A stretch of DNA of 64,000 nt, taken from contig NC_043010.1 of the NCBI RefSeq assembly GCF_006345805.1, positions 16,182,001-16,246,000 on the forward strand. Direction: 5' to 3'. The stretch's first letter is position 1, and every line of letters starts with the position of its first letter. Below, piece after piece: positions 1 through 12,193 of the stretch. The notes under the pieces were generated by a model, which saw nothing but the letters and a program-made list of their open reading frames with translations, made no database searches and was not told the origin of the DNA. Origin of the DNA: Octopus sinensis (Eukaryota). The translations under genes and the position numbers were made by a program.

Positions 1-49
1 TTTAAGAAACAAATTGGGTTTATTTACATTTGTGAAGAAAAAAAGATAC

Positions 50-170
50 CCTTCCCCCACCCCTAACCCTAAAACAGATTGAAATGCAATAGATCGATAC
101 TAGGGTCATAATTATGGGTGGCAATTTCATATGACACCGCTAGAAAAAACTGCCGTTCAAACCGAAAAGA
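50..170. repeat. Fragment of an interspersed repeat containing CCCTAACCCTAA
   Basis: CCCCTAACCCTAAAACAGATTGAAATGCAATAGATCGATACTAGGG...CCGAAAAGATCC resembles a common octopus repeat as I remember it; single copy here, family not assigned. Confidence 0.35.
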
Positions 171-469
171 TCCGGAGTATGTCATTCAAATAATTCCAGA
201 AAATGGTCACATCTGACTGACATGTCATACTAACACAACTCCACGAGGCCAGAAGGTTGGTGACGAGATATGAACCTGCGACCTTTTGCTTCTCTGTCAG
301 TCATCGTAATGACACAACTCGCTGCAGCTCTTTATCATAACGTGACTAATAGCTTCGTTTTGGACTGAGCTGTCTGACAGCAAGATTTTCCGAGAGATTT
401 TGCAGACAAGAGATATTTGGGTGTGGTCAGCTGTTCTGGTTTTAAAAGGTTTGACGGAGAGAGCGAGAG

Positions 470-965
470 ATAAAGATAGGGAGCAGAAAAAGAGATAGAC
501 AGATATAAGAAAGAAGAGAGAGAGAGGGAGAAAGTGACTAATAGAGAGATAGAAAGAAAAAGGGAGGAAGTGTGATAGACAAAAAAAATAGAGAGAAACA
601 AGTGCATGATAGGGTAGAAAAATAGGGAGAGAGAGAGAGAAATAGCGGCACAGGAAAAATGGAGTTGGTTGGAGAGAGAGACAAGGAGAGAAAGAGCGAA
701 GGAAGAAGAGTAAAACTACAGAGAAACAACATGGAGAAATATAGAGAGCAATGTCTGGAGACTGGGATAAAAAGAGAAAATCTATAATAATTCAGAAAAT
801 AGAAGAGAGATAAAGAAAGAAAGAGATAAGGCTATAACTAGAGGGGAGGAGGGGAGAGTATGTATGAAAAAGAGAGAGAGAGAGGAGTGTACTGTAGACG
901 ACTAGAGAAAAGAGGGAGAGGAAGAGAAAGTAAAAGCAAAGAGGTAAAGTTAACTTTAAAGAGAG
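470..965. repeat. GA-rich low-complexity tract upstream of the CpG-rich region
   Basis: Near-continuous purine (AG) runs; explains the Leu/Ser/Phe-rich minus-strand ORFs 335-1073. Confidence 0.85.
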
Positions 966-1252
966 CGGGGAGGGTGTAACTGCCGCCGCCTCCTCCGCCT
1001 CCTCCCTTTGGATGGTGGGGCGGCGGCTAGGCGAGCGAAGCAACAGCAGCAGCAGCAGTCGTAACACTCTCAATGGTGGCGAAAGACAAGGAGCGGCGAC
1101 GCGGCTTCATTTGCATATGTTAATGTGTGCGCGGCGCCGCACTTTGGATGTGGGTCACATTAGGCGGCTGTCAGTGAGGGAGTGAGTGTGTGTCTCCACT
1201 TTTTAGAGGATACGGTGGTGTGCGCCAGGCCAAGGAACAGTTAGACTGCTTG
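965..1252 (+). promoter_or_regulatory. CpG-rich promoter and putative non-coding first exon, donor at 1253
   Basis: Locally GC/CpG-rich (GCCGCCGCC, GGGGCGGCGG, (CAG)n, GCGCGGCGCCGC), octamer ATTTGCAT near 1109, and consensus donor TG|GTAAGT at 1252/1253 followed by T-rich intron-like sequence. TSS not determinable. Confidence 0.6.
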
Positions 1253-1499
1253 GTAAGTCTTCTCGGGTTTTTTCCCGGTTTATGCAGCTTAAAACTCTTA
1301 CTATAAAATCTCATCTCAGATACTTTTTCCTAATTTTTGCCTTTCATATTTGTTGCTCCCTTATTTGAAAAAAAAGAACCCCACAAAAAACAACATAATT
1401 GCTTTCAGGCATTCTCCTAAATTAAACCCGTAAAAAAATTAGCAATTTATTTCATCTCGTTGCTTAGCTTTGCTTCAAATGTTTTCCTTTCACCTTGCT

Positions 1500-1936
1500 T
1501 CCTTCGTCTTTTCCTTTTTCAGAGCGCAATCTTACACTCATTGCTCTTGATTCTCCTTGCATTCCTTTCCTCACTCTCTTTCATTCGATCACTTTTCTTT
1601 CCTCCCCCTCTCTTTCACATCTATCTGCCTTTCTCCGCACACCCTCTCTCTCTCTCTCTCTCGGCAATCCCCCTCTCACCTTTATCCTAGCATTCTTCCT
1701 ATATTTCCTTTAACTCCACCCACCTCTCTTTCTCACTGCTTCTTTTTTGCGCAATCACTCCCCTCTCTCTCTCTCATTTGTCTTAACCTTAGTCTCTCCC
1801 TTTTCTCTCACTTTCATACCGTTTCCCTCTTTTTTCATAAATTTCTCTCTAACACCTTTACTCCCTCCTCCTCCTCTCTCTCTCTCTCACTGACTCACAC
1901 TCACTTTCTTATCTTCAATCTCCCTTAATCACCAAG
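1500..1936 (+). other. CT-rich tract ending in a strong splice donor (candidate alternative 5' exon)
   Basis: About 430 bp pyrimidine tract ending CCAAG|GTAAGC at 1936/1937; 5' boundary unknown. Confidence 0.35.
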
Positions 1937-1946
1937 GTAAGCCTGA

Positions 1947-2008
<62 letters not shown>
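1947..2008. repeat. (CA)n(TA)n microsatellite
   Basis: Seen directly. Confidence 0.95.
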
Positions 2009-3078
2009 CACATACTAATTGAACTTAGAAATAATGCCTATAGACACTTGTAACCCTTCAGTCGCCGCTCAAACAGGACAGGGCATTCATTATCACACAA
2101 CTTTGCCGAATGCAATGAACATGGGTAACATTGTAAAATAAAGGAGGGTCCCGTTGTGTTGTTCACCTTTCTACTCATTTCTCCCCTACACACACATACT
2201 TGCCCACACACACACACTCGCCAAACCGCTGTCATCATCTGTTGGTCCTCTTTCCCTTCTGTCTGCTCTTCATTCCCTTTAACACACACACACACACACA
2301 CGTATCACCCTCCTCCCCCCGGCGACTCTTCGATCTTTACTCACACTCAGGCCTGCACTCACACTCACTGCTTTCTATACTTTTTTTTTCCTTTCTGTGA
2401 ATATATTAATGGACTGCAGCTTGTACAGAAAATATTTCTATGTCTGCGCCGAGATCGTCTTTCTCTTTTTTTATCAGGTGTTTGTTACTGTAAATAAATA
2501 TATGTGTCAGACCTTAATTAATCATCTCCAACATTTTTAATAAGGTTCTGATCGAGAACCTTCTCCCCTTATTTTGTAAAATCCACCCCAATTCCTCAAT
2601 CAATGCCCTTCATTCTCTCTCTCCTATTTGCCATCTCAACAGATTCTTCGCCTGCCGACACCGCTGCGCTTAATAAACAGCAATCTGCTTCATGTTGATG
2701 AATATTTAAACATTTTCCTAACAACTTTTCCCCTAATATAGGCCCCTAATATAAACTCTCCCCACCCATAATCTTTATAAACTTTATAAATTCCCAAACC
2801 TTCTCAAGCAGACTCATATAAACCTCTCCCTCTCATCCACCCAGAATCGCACTATTTCTGCCCTCTTGGGGCCCGACTATTCGCCTCTGGTCCGTTCAGC
2901 AAGCGAAAAATAGGGATTTATTAAAGATATTTTCAGGGACTAATCTTAACCATAAACTGTCGACCTTTTATGAATCTGAACTTTATTTGGTGGGAGGACA
3001 TGCCTCTCTCAATATTCATTGCATGGCTACCCTCTTCCACGTCCCACTCTATCGCCATTACACACCTCTCTGCATCTG

Positions 3079-3129
<51 letters not shown>

Positions 3130-3519
3130 AAATGTATAGAGGTAGATACCGTTGTTCATTAACGAATCGCACTACCTTCCCCTTCGCTTTATATATATAC
3201 ACACACACCTCTACATACTCATTTCACGCATCGTCGCCCCTCCTAAACTCCAAGTGTGTAGATTCATATACACCCGCGTGCGCATGCCCTCGTCTCCCCC
3301 ACCACCACCACCATTCGCTGTGTGTGTGTGTAAATATGTATGCAGACACTATTAAAAATATAAAATTCTTTTTTTTTTTTTTATGGTGCACACACACACA
3401 TATACACTAGTACCGTACATATCTATCTATCTATCGATTCCTATAAATAGTTTATGAATCCAGCAGTCTTATAATAGGCCGCTATCTATAACTATCAACC
3501 TGTCTGCATCCTCTTCTCC

Positions 3520-3563
3520 CTCCTTTCTCTCTCTCTCTCATACATACATACATACATACATTC

Positions 3564-3594
<31 letters not shown>

Positions 3595-3850
3595 CATCTA
3601 TCTATCTATATATCTATCTATATATCTATCTGCCTGTCTATCTATCTGCCTGTCTATCTATCTGCCTGTCTATCTATCTGCCTGTCTATCTATCTGCCTG
3701 TCTATCTATTTGTCTCTATCTATTTGTCTCTCTCTCTATCTATCTGTCTGTCTATCTATCTATCTATCTACCGGTCTATCTATCTATCTATCTATCTTTA
3801 TATTTAAAAATATCATCTATCTATATGCACACACACACACACACACACAC
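3520..3850. repeat. Compound microsatellite: (CT)n, (TACA)n, (TA)n, (TATC)n with a 16-bp CTGCCTGTCTATCTAT higher-order unit, (CA)n
   Basis: Seen directly; produces the YLSIYL-type ORF 3564-4085. Confidence 0.9.
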
Positions 3851-4489
3851 ATGCCGACTTCATTTCTCCAAGAGATGGAAGTGTGAGCACGAAGGAAGAA
3901 ATTTGCTGCTATTTACTTTGTTGGCCTCCCTGCTGCACCAATCTTGCCATCATCCTCCGTTGACACTTCCCTCTCTCGCTCTCTCTCCATCCTTTCCATC
4001 TTTAAACCATCTGTCACAACTTACATCTCACCAAATTCCATTAAAACATCTCCCCCCACCCTCTTGTCTCACATATTTTATTTAGTCTTACGGAATTAAA
4101 ATATAATTAAGTTATAAATTCTACACCTAAAGATGGTCTTGATTGACAACAGTGAAATATTAACGAAAGATATCCTGTAATATTTAGTTGCAAGGACCCT
4201 GGTAATGTTAATGTATAATTTATCTGACAGATTCACATTCCTGAGACATTAGAAAATCGTAGTGTCTCTACAGGGGCATCCAACTTGCTAAAAATAGCAA
4301 CCAAATCTTTTTCAAGTCTTACCTTACTGTAAGGTAGAATTTAAGGACAAGTCATGGATAAATGCAGACATGGACAATATCTGAATAAACTAAAGGATGG
4401 TTACGGTTTCGGTGTTATTGATCATAGCTCCTGCTGGTTTACTGTTGACCTAGGGTTAAACTATATCCTCTTACTGTCTTCTACTCTCA

Positions 4490-4612
4490 TATTGCTTGCT
4501 TTTCATCCTTTCGGGGTCGATAAATTTAGTACCAGTGAAACATTGGGGTTCGGTGTGGTCGACTAATGCCCTCGCCAAAATGGCTGCCCTTGTGGCAAAA
4601 TTTGAAACCATT
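4490..4612 (+). mobile_element. SINE family A, 3' fragment
   Basis: TTTCATCCTTTCGGGGTCGATAAATTTAGTACCAG core shared with the full copy at 17348-17563. Confidence 0.75.
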
Positions 4613-6335
4613 GTGATTATTATTGAGTGAGAGAGAGAGCAGCGCATGCCATCAAAATGACACTGGGGTACAAAATATACAAAGCCCAGTTATACAGGCA
4701 TATATACATCACAACCGTATGTGCGCGACATGGTGATTATTAAATAAATAAACCATTATTATTATATATAGACACCGTTCTTATTTTAGGTTGTTTTTTG
4801 TGGGGTGAGAGGTAATGGTGATAATATTCACCTTGTACCGTTTTACGATGTTTCCCCCCATCAGAACTTGTACTTCACTCATCTCTGTTTTTATTCTTTA
4901 AATTCCTTTTCATAAACTCACTTTTTTATCTGTTGTCTGCTCAAGTATTCCTAAATGATTTGTAATCGAATCGTAGACATGAATTCAGCCATGGATTCGA
5001 ACACCTATGAAAAATTGTTCATATCAAACATATATGCTGGTCACCATTCGACAGATCGATAAAATATCTTCAATATTTTGAGATCAATTTCGATTTCCAC
5101 CGACCTAATGGAGCCACCCCACTCTATGTACTTTTAAACGGTGATTTGTGTCTCGAGAATTTCTTTTTTTTAAATCTCGGACAAATAGATATAATGAGAG
5201 ACATTATATTAGCTTTCCTATCATCATTAAATAGCGAGTCTAGTAGCCTGGGTTGTACACCAACCTACTAACGTTAACTCGACTCCTCCAAAGCCACCAA
5301 AGGCTACGTTGACCTAGACTACAAACGTGTCCTAATTGCTTATTTTCTTACACCTCCACTTCAGACTTTCTATTCACCTGCTGCTTTTGTAGTGTATTAC
5401 TTCTGTTATAACTTGGTTGTCGTCAACCGGATCTTTGCTACTCGTTTTATGTAATTTAGGCGATCAAGATATCTTACACCATGTGTGCATAAAACACAAA
5501 TTTGCATATTTCCCGTCCTTCCCTATATATGAGGTCCCCCCCGCCCTTGTTTCCTCTTCAGCCGTCAATTTTTAATTTTGTTAAGAACATCAGACCTTGT
5601 CGATATCCTCGGTTTCTGAAGGCCATGGGAGCAACCCATCCTACAGGCCTAAATAAATCCTCATTTCGACCGAAGATGACTTCATTTATCTTTTCGAGGT
5701 TCAGTCGACATTACATATCTTCTCCAAAATTACTGGAACTTGGGGAGAGAAACGATATGGTGGCCACAATCAACTGTTGATCTCTTTTAGATGTTCACCT
5801 CAGCAGGAATTACACTAAATGTCCCTCTACTGAGTCGGGACTCGTGTGGTTGAAGCTGTTGGCGGTTCCCTTCGTCTGGACATCACTGAATTTCGGATGA
5901 CATTCTGGTGAAGAGATGTCAAAGAAGCCGAATACACAACCTAGGTCCCCCCACGCTCATCCATTTAATTCTTACACAGCTGCAGACGGGAAATAAGAAT
6001 TTGACATTTAAGCATTTCCCCTCAAAGTATTAGTGTATAGGGAGGTGAATCCAGGTAGAGAATTCTTACTTTTTGGTGGTGTTGTAGCTTAATCTACACA
6101 ATATTAATTAAATTCGTCCTTTGAAAGGGAACTTCTCATCGCATTAATAGAACTGATATCTACTCTCTTCCATACTTCAACCTCAATTGTTGCTCTGTCT
6201 CACTCAGACTATGATATCAATTGGTATAACGGTTTAATATTAGCCACTTGGTTGGTCGTCTTCCCCCTAAATACACACATACACATCGCAACGAACAAAA
6301 TGTCGGCCCTTCAGTCATTTTTATAGCATTACAGC

Positions 6336-6388
<53 letters not shown>

Positions 6389-7429
6389 AGAGAGTGCAAA
6401 GGAAAGAGATATGTTTTTCACCTCTTCACTGACTCATTTTGTTCGACCCTCTTATCTTGTACATTCATAGTTTATCATAATCTATTCACGTACACCTGAC
6501 TTAACCTGGCGCCGAATTGCATAATTTACAGCATTCGAACTTTGGTGTCTTCCTCCGTTTTTCAAGTCCAATTTAATGCGGTCTGATTTCCTTTCACTTA
6601 TATTATTACATGAAGTTGTTAAACCACGGTCGTTTCAATTTACTCATCTTTTCCTCTAGATTCATTATTGTTTCCCTCAAAGCCTGCCATTTCGGCCCCT
6701 CATAATTAATTTAAATTTAAAATCATATCGGAGTTGTATTTTATCTACAGTTCGATGGCGATTCTCTGTTGAAATTATGTCACTTTGCTAATGTCATTAA
6801 TATATATCTAAAGCCTGAAGGTTACAATTTTCTATTTCCCCTCCTAATATAATTTCAGTTTTGATTGTTTCAGGAAGAATCCCTTGCTATCTTTAAAACC
6901 TTTTTAAACATCCCGGCTATTTAGCTAATTTACTTATTTCTCCCAATTTGTTTTTTTCCTTTTTGCAACCCCGGAACCCTCCTTACAATTAGTTAGCACC
7001 CTCTTTAGTTAGTCATTATGAATTATTACAACTACTGCCGATGATTTTAATGGTTTTATCTCTGTTGCTGCCACTCTATTTGCTAATCCAGTCATAAACT
7101 GATATTGCATTAAATATGTCGCCGTCACTGCAGCATAAAACACTGAGTCATTCGCTCGAGGTGCGGCCTTAACTGTTGGTTGCACTTTGGCTAATAATAA
7201 TGCAATGTTCTGACATTTTTACAGTGAAATGAAGTGAATCAGTTTTAGCTACGGATTGAAACTATAATCGCCGTGTCGACTGAGCAGGGGCCTCACACGT
7301 TCTTATCCTAAAAAACCTTAATCATTGAAAGTTAAGGAAAGAGTGACTGGGATGAGGGATTTTAGGTAAATTTTGACGGATTTTACCGCATTTTATGCCA
7401 AAGTTGGATTCGCAGACGAAGTCAGCCGG

Positions 7430-7491
7430 ACGACGACGACGACGGCTGCTACTACTACTACTGGTGCTACTGCTGCTGCTACAGATGAACG
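7430..7491. repeat. Compound trinucleotide repeat (ACG)n-(GCT)n-(ACT)n-(GCT)n
   Basis: Seen directly within a CpG-retaining stretch. Confidence 0.85.
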
Positions 7492-7554
7492 CCAAACTCA
7501 ACGTCGATACACGTATTGGCTCTTTGTCGTTGTGTGAGAGGGTGGGAGAGAGAA

Positions 7555-8344
7555 TGTATGTATGTATAAGTATATATGTATGAATGTATGATGTATATAT
7601 ATGTATGTGTATGTATGTATGTGTATATATGTATGTATGTATGATGTATATGTATGTATGTATGTATGTGTATGTATGTATGTGTATATATGCATGTATA
7701 TATATATGCGTGTATGTATGTATGTGTATATATGCATGTATATATATATGCATGTATATATGTATGTGTATATATGCATGTATATATGTATGTGTATATA
7801 TGCATGTATATATATATGCATGTATATATGTATGTATGTGTATATATGTATGTATGTGTATATATGCATGTATGTATGTATATGTATGTATGTATGTATA
7901 TGTATGTATATATGTATGTATGTATGTGTATGTATGTATGTATATGTATGTTATGTATGTATATGTATGTATGTATGTATATGTATGTATGTGTATATGT
8001 ATGTATGTGTATATGTATGTATGTATATATATGTGTGTATGTATATATATATATGTGTGTATGTATGTATATATATATATGTGTGTATGTATGTGTATAT
8101 ATATATATGTGTGTATGTATGTATATATATATATGTGTGTATGTATGTATATATATATATGTGTGTATGTATGTATATATATATATGTGTGTATGTATGT
8201 ATATATATATGTGTATGTTATATATATGTGTGTATGTATGTATATTATGTGTGTATGTATGTATATATTATGTGTGTATGTATGTAATATATGTATGTAT
8301 GTATGTATATATATGTGTGTAGTATGTATATATATGTGTGTATG

Positions 8345-8380
<36 letters not shown>

Positions 8381-8399
8381 GTATGTATATATATGTATT

Positions 8400-8430
<31 letters not shown>

Positions 8431-8617
8431 ATATATATATATATATATGTATTTATTATATATATATATATATGTATATTATATATAATATATATATATA
8501 TGTATTTATATATATAGTATATATATATATATATGTATGTATATATATGTATTTATATATATATATATGTATGTATATATATGTATTTAATATATATATA
8601 TATGTATGTAATATATG

Positions 8618-8657
<40 letters not shown>

Positions 8658-8795
8658 CATATATATGTATTTAATATATATATATATATATATATGTATG
8701 CATATATATGTATTTATATTATATATATTATATATGTATTATATATATGTATTTATATATATATATATGTATGTATATATATGTATTTATATATG

Positions 8796-8826
<31 letters not shown>

Positions 8827-9225
8827 TATATGTATGTTATATATGTATATATATATATGTATTATATATATGTATATATATATATTATATATATATATAT
8901 ATATATGTATGTATATATATGTATTTATATATATATATCTCTCATTACTTATGTAAAAAAATAAAAGTTTTTTACGGAAATCTGTGCTACGACATGCGAA
9001 ACTTCGCCTACATATATATATGTATGCATATATATGTATTTATATATATATATATATGTTATGTATATATATGTATTTATATATATATAATATGTATGTA
9101 TATATATGTATTTATATATATAATATATATATATAAGGTGCCAACGCGCGAAACTTTCGGGCCTTGAGTCACTCTGTAACTTTAGCCGATTATTAATATA
9201 TATATATATTATATATATATATAAA
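7555..9225. repeat. About 1.7-kb compound TA/TG/ATGT microsatellite with roughly 24-26 bp higher-order units
   Basis: Alternating purine-pyrimidine throughout; ATATATATATATGTGTGTATGTATGT-type units repeat at about 8020-8200. All MYVCIY-type ORFs 7322-9230 are artefacts of it. Confidence 0.95.
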
Positions 9226-9859
9226 AACATATAGTGAATGAATATTTTATGTGACGTATCTTCAGTTCAACCTTGGATTGATTGTAATGTATACTACCTG
9301 TGACGGAGACACATGGCTCCCGACATTACATGTCTGCGTGTGTGTTAATGTAGTACTTTAGAAGCACATGGTTTACACAATAAAGCTTGTCGCCCCATAT
9401 TGACTGCTAAATACATAAATTACTGTATGAGATGCATTATATTTCTCAGCAAGGATATAGTTAGCTGTAGACCCGCAATAACCTGGGGCGAATCTGTGAG
9501 CAAATTCATTTTTCGGTTAAGAAATTATACTATTTGCGCTTTTTTTGTTGTTGCTAGATTTACATTGATTTATATTAATGTTATATATATATATACAAAA
9601 CTACTATTTTTCGTAGCATATTTGTGTATGGGGTAAATTAGGGGAAATACAGAAGAACGACTGGTGTAAGCAGTGGTGAGGAAGGGATGTGTGAACTACC
9701 AATAGGTACTTGAAACTGCATAGAATTTGAATGTTATATTGCAGTTGAACAGACCTTCCCATTTTTACATTTCTAAGGTAAAAGAAAAGTAATGGTGTAG
9801 TCTGTAAGGAATGAAGTAGTGTGCGTGTATAATAAACACACACACGTTTGTAGACAGTA

Positions 9860-10590
9860 GCATGGTCAGAAAAAGCTCCTGGCCCACTAGAAATTACTGT
9901 TGACAAGCTTAAAGTATCTGGTGTTGTAGGATAAAAACTAGTCATCTATATAGTCAATGAAGCTGTAACAGGAAGGTATCATACCCAATGACTGGCATAG
10001 CCGCATCCATACTGTTACAAAGATTGAATGAGCTGCCTGAGAGAGAGAGAGAGAAAAAGTATAAGGGTATCAAAGAGTTATAGTTTGATTGATTAGGAAG
10101 AGAGCCGAGACCAGGTGCGATTCAGTTTTGTGCCAGGATGAAGTACTACTGAGGCCATCTGAAGGAGGTACCCGCAAGAGAAGTACTTAGCTAAGAGTAC
10201 ATCACTGTACTCAACCTAGAGAAGGCTTCTGACGTTGCTCTGTGAACTGAAGGTCACCGAGGAAGCAAGTTGGTAAATGGCTTGTGACATCTATATAAAC
10301 CATGTCAGCTCGGTGAGTTTAGTGTGCAACTAGGAGCTCATTAGTGTTCTCAATCTATTTCATTGGAGTGAACATGCTCTGTTGGGTGTGCAGTGTCAGT
10401 GTGCATGAATGGGAAAAACCTGGGCATATAAGGAATTCGATGTTGTATACAAGAGAGGTAGATTTTGTTGGCATGAGTATGTGATGCTTATGGATGAAGG
10501 TAGCTGTACAAAGAAGTACCGATCACTTAGAGTGGATGGAAGATGTAGGATGAAGTGCTGAAGACTGATTTGAAGAGCTGATTAAAGAGA
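9860..10590 (+). mobile_element. Decayed RTE-clade LINE reverse transcriptase fragment
   Basis: Broken frames read KAPGPLEITVDKLKVSGVVG, IPNDW, QFSFVPG*STTEAI, QEKYLAK, LEKASD and MDEGSCTKKYRSLRVDG, matching RTE motifs (KAPGP, QFGFxPGRSTTDAI, DLEKAFD, RMDE); stops, frameshifts and internal deletions. Confidence 0.8.
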
Positions 10591-11582
10591 GACACACACA
10601 CACTCACAGAGGTGGAGTAAACCCTTTTATCTATGCAAATATGGCAACACTGATCTTATTGCATGCATGCATGCAGATATAACATATATACAGATACATG
10701 CGTATGATGAAGACTGATGTCAAGATACTAATCTTGTAAAAGAAATCGCAAGTAACTGTGACAACCGAGGACTTTGGGTACAGGAGAAACCCTGTTCTCT
10801 TGGGCAAACATTGCAGTAGGCACACTAAACAAGGGGTGGCGGAATGGTTGGAAGGTTCTTGTCCCATTCACTCCTACCCTTTCCCTCTGATTTATTTACT
10901 ATCCTCTGCCCACAACACTTCAACACCCTTTCCCAAGACTGCCCATATCCCCCTTTCTTACTTATTACTGGCACTAATCCCTTCTCTACTATTTTCTCCT
11001 GGAACTTCTTAACCACACAGCCATATGTTGTGTGTGTGTGTGTGTGTATGTATGTATATATATATATATATATAATTGTTGTAACCCTTCATTACCATAT
11101 TTAAAAAAAAATATACTGTTTTTTCTCTCAGTTTTGAAAATAAGGAAGAATATAGTAAAATAACTTTGCCATTATTATGTTGATGTCTGGAATATAAATT
11201 AACCTGGAATTTTGATTGGAGGTTTTAATTTCGATCCTCTGACAACAGGGTGTACCATAAAAGCAAGGGTGGTCTTGGGTGATTTGGTATCAAAAGCATT
11301 AATACCTGTTTTTTCATGTTTTCATGTCTGATAGAATTCATTGAAACAGAACTTGTTTGGCCTGGCCTGTCACGAACCCTCTTCTGTTTTCCAAACAAAC
11401 TATTCCACTCATAGATGGTGATACTTATTTATAATTATCCCACGATAAGGAGAAACACATACACACACACAAATGTGAGTGTGTGTGTATTGTCAATGTA
11501 TGATATATCTGAAAAAGAAGCATTCTCTAAAGTATAGAGCAGTAAATTATTAAAGTAATAAAGTGATAATGTCTGGTCACAT

Positions 11583-11647
11583 AGTGACCAATAGTTTCAC
11601 ATTCATGAAGACTATAGCTTTGTAGATGACTCATCAGACTCTAATCC
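11583..11647 (-). ncRNA. Minimal type I hammerhead ribozyme motif (PLE-associated), intact core
   Basis: Minus strand: GGAUUAGAGU-CUGAUGA-G-[decayed stem II]-U-GAAA-CU-AUU-GG-UC-ACU. CUGAUGA at 11637-11631, GAAA at 11598-11595, GUC at 11588-11586; stem III is 3 bp with an AUU loop; stem I only 3 bp. Confidence 0.7.
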
Positions 11648-12110
11648 AATGACAAATTTAACTCTTCCCCTCTGGAAGCAATGGTCAGTGGTCATTTGGT
11701 CATCAAAGAATAAATATTCCAGTGCCGGTGAGGATGGGTTATCTCCTAGACTAACTATCTGTGGGCCAGGAGAGAGTAACAAGGTGCCACAGATGGCTAG
11801 CCAAGGATGTGACAAATCGTCTTTCTGGGACCCTGAAGGAGGATTGTGGGCTTGAATGCTGTCCTGGCTGGAGTGCTTGAACACCATCCCGGCTGACCTG
11901 ATATATTTCCAGGCTTGGGTGTTTGTTTACTGGTGTATCTTTAGTTGGCTCTGGGCCTGGGGATGCTGTTGTTACCACCAGTGATGTTGGGGCTGCCATC
12001 AGTGCTGTTATCGTTAAGATGTGTGGGTCTGGCAGCACCTCTGTGGTTGTTGTCATTGTGTTGGTCAGCCCTGGCTGTAAGGTTAGCGCTGTAGGTACTA
12101 ATGCACTATG
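11583..12110 (-). mobile_element. Penelope-like retroelement 3' remnant, left arm (internally deleted)
   Basis: Minus strand reads KYIRSAGMVFK (YIG motif, 11897-11905) and, after a frameshift, SSFRVPERRFVTSLASHLWHL. Reverse-complement match (about 75-80% by eye) to 12194-12929, lacking about 260 bp; ends in a hammerhead motif. Confidence 0.8.
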
Positions 12111-12193
12111 GCCAGAGAAGCTGACCTTGCCAACATTAGCAGCACCAACGAGGCTACTGGCCCCACACCTAACATTAGCAACAACAACACCCA

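Noticed and set aside
58-70. CCCTAACCCTAA as a telomere
   Set aside because: Only two units, embedded in an interspersed repeat.
1073-1123. Short ORF MVAKDKERRRGFICIC* in the promoter region
   Set aside because: 16 codons, poor -3 context, may lie upstream of the TSS; at most a uORF.
335-1928. Leu/Ser/Phe-rich ORFs resembling membrane proteins
   Set aside because: Translations of CT/GA low-complexity tracts.
8985-9165. Two CGAAAC motifs in unique islands of the giant microsatellite
   Set aside because: No upstream CUGANGA or stem II, so not hammerheads.
7322-9230. Long ORFs (up to 527 aa) of M/Y/V/C/I/H
   Set aside because: Translations of TA/TG microsatellite, which lacks stop codons in some frames; no protein-like complexity.
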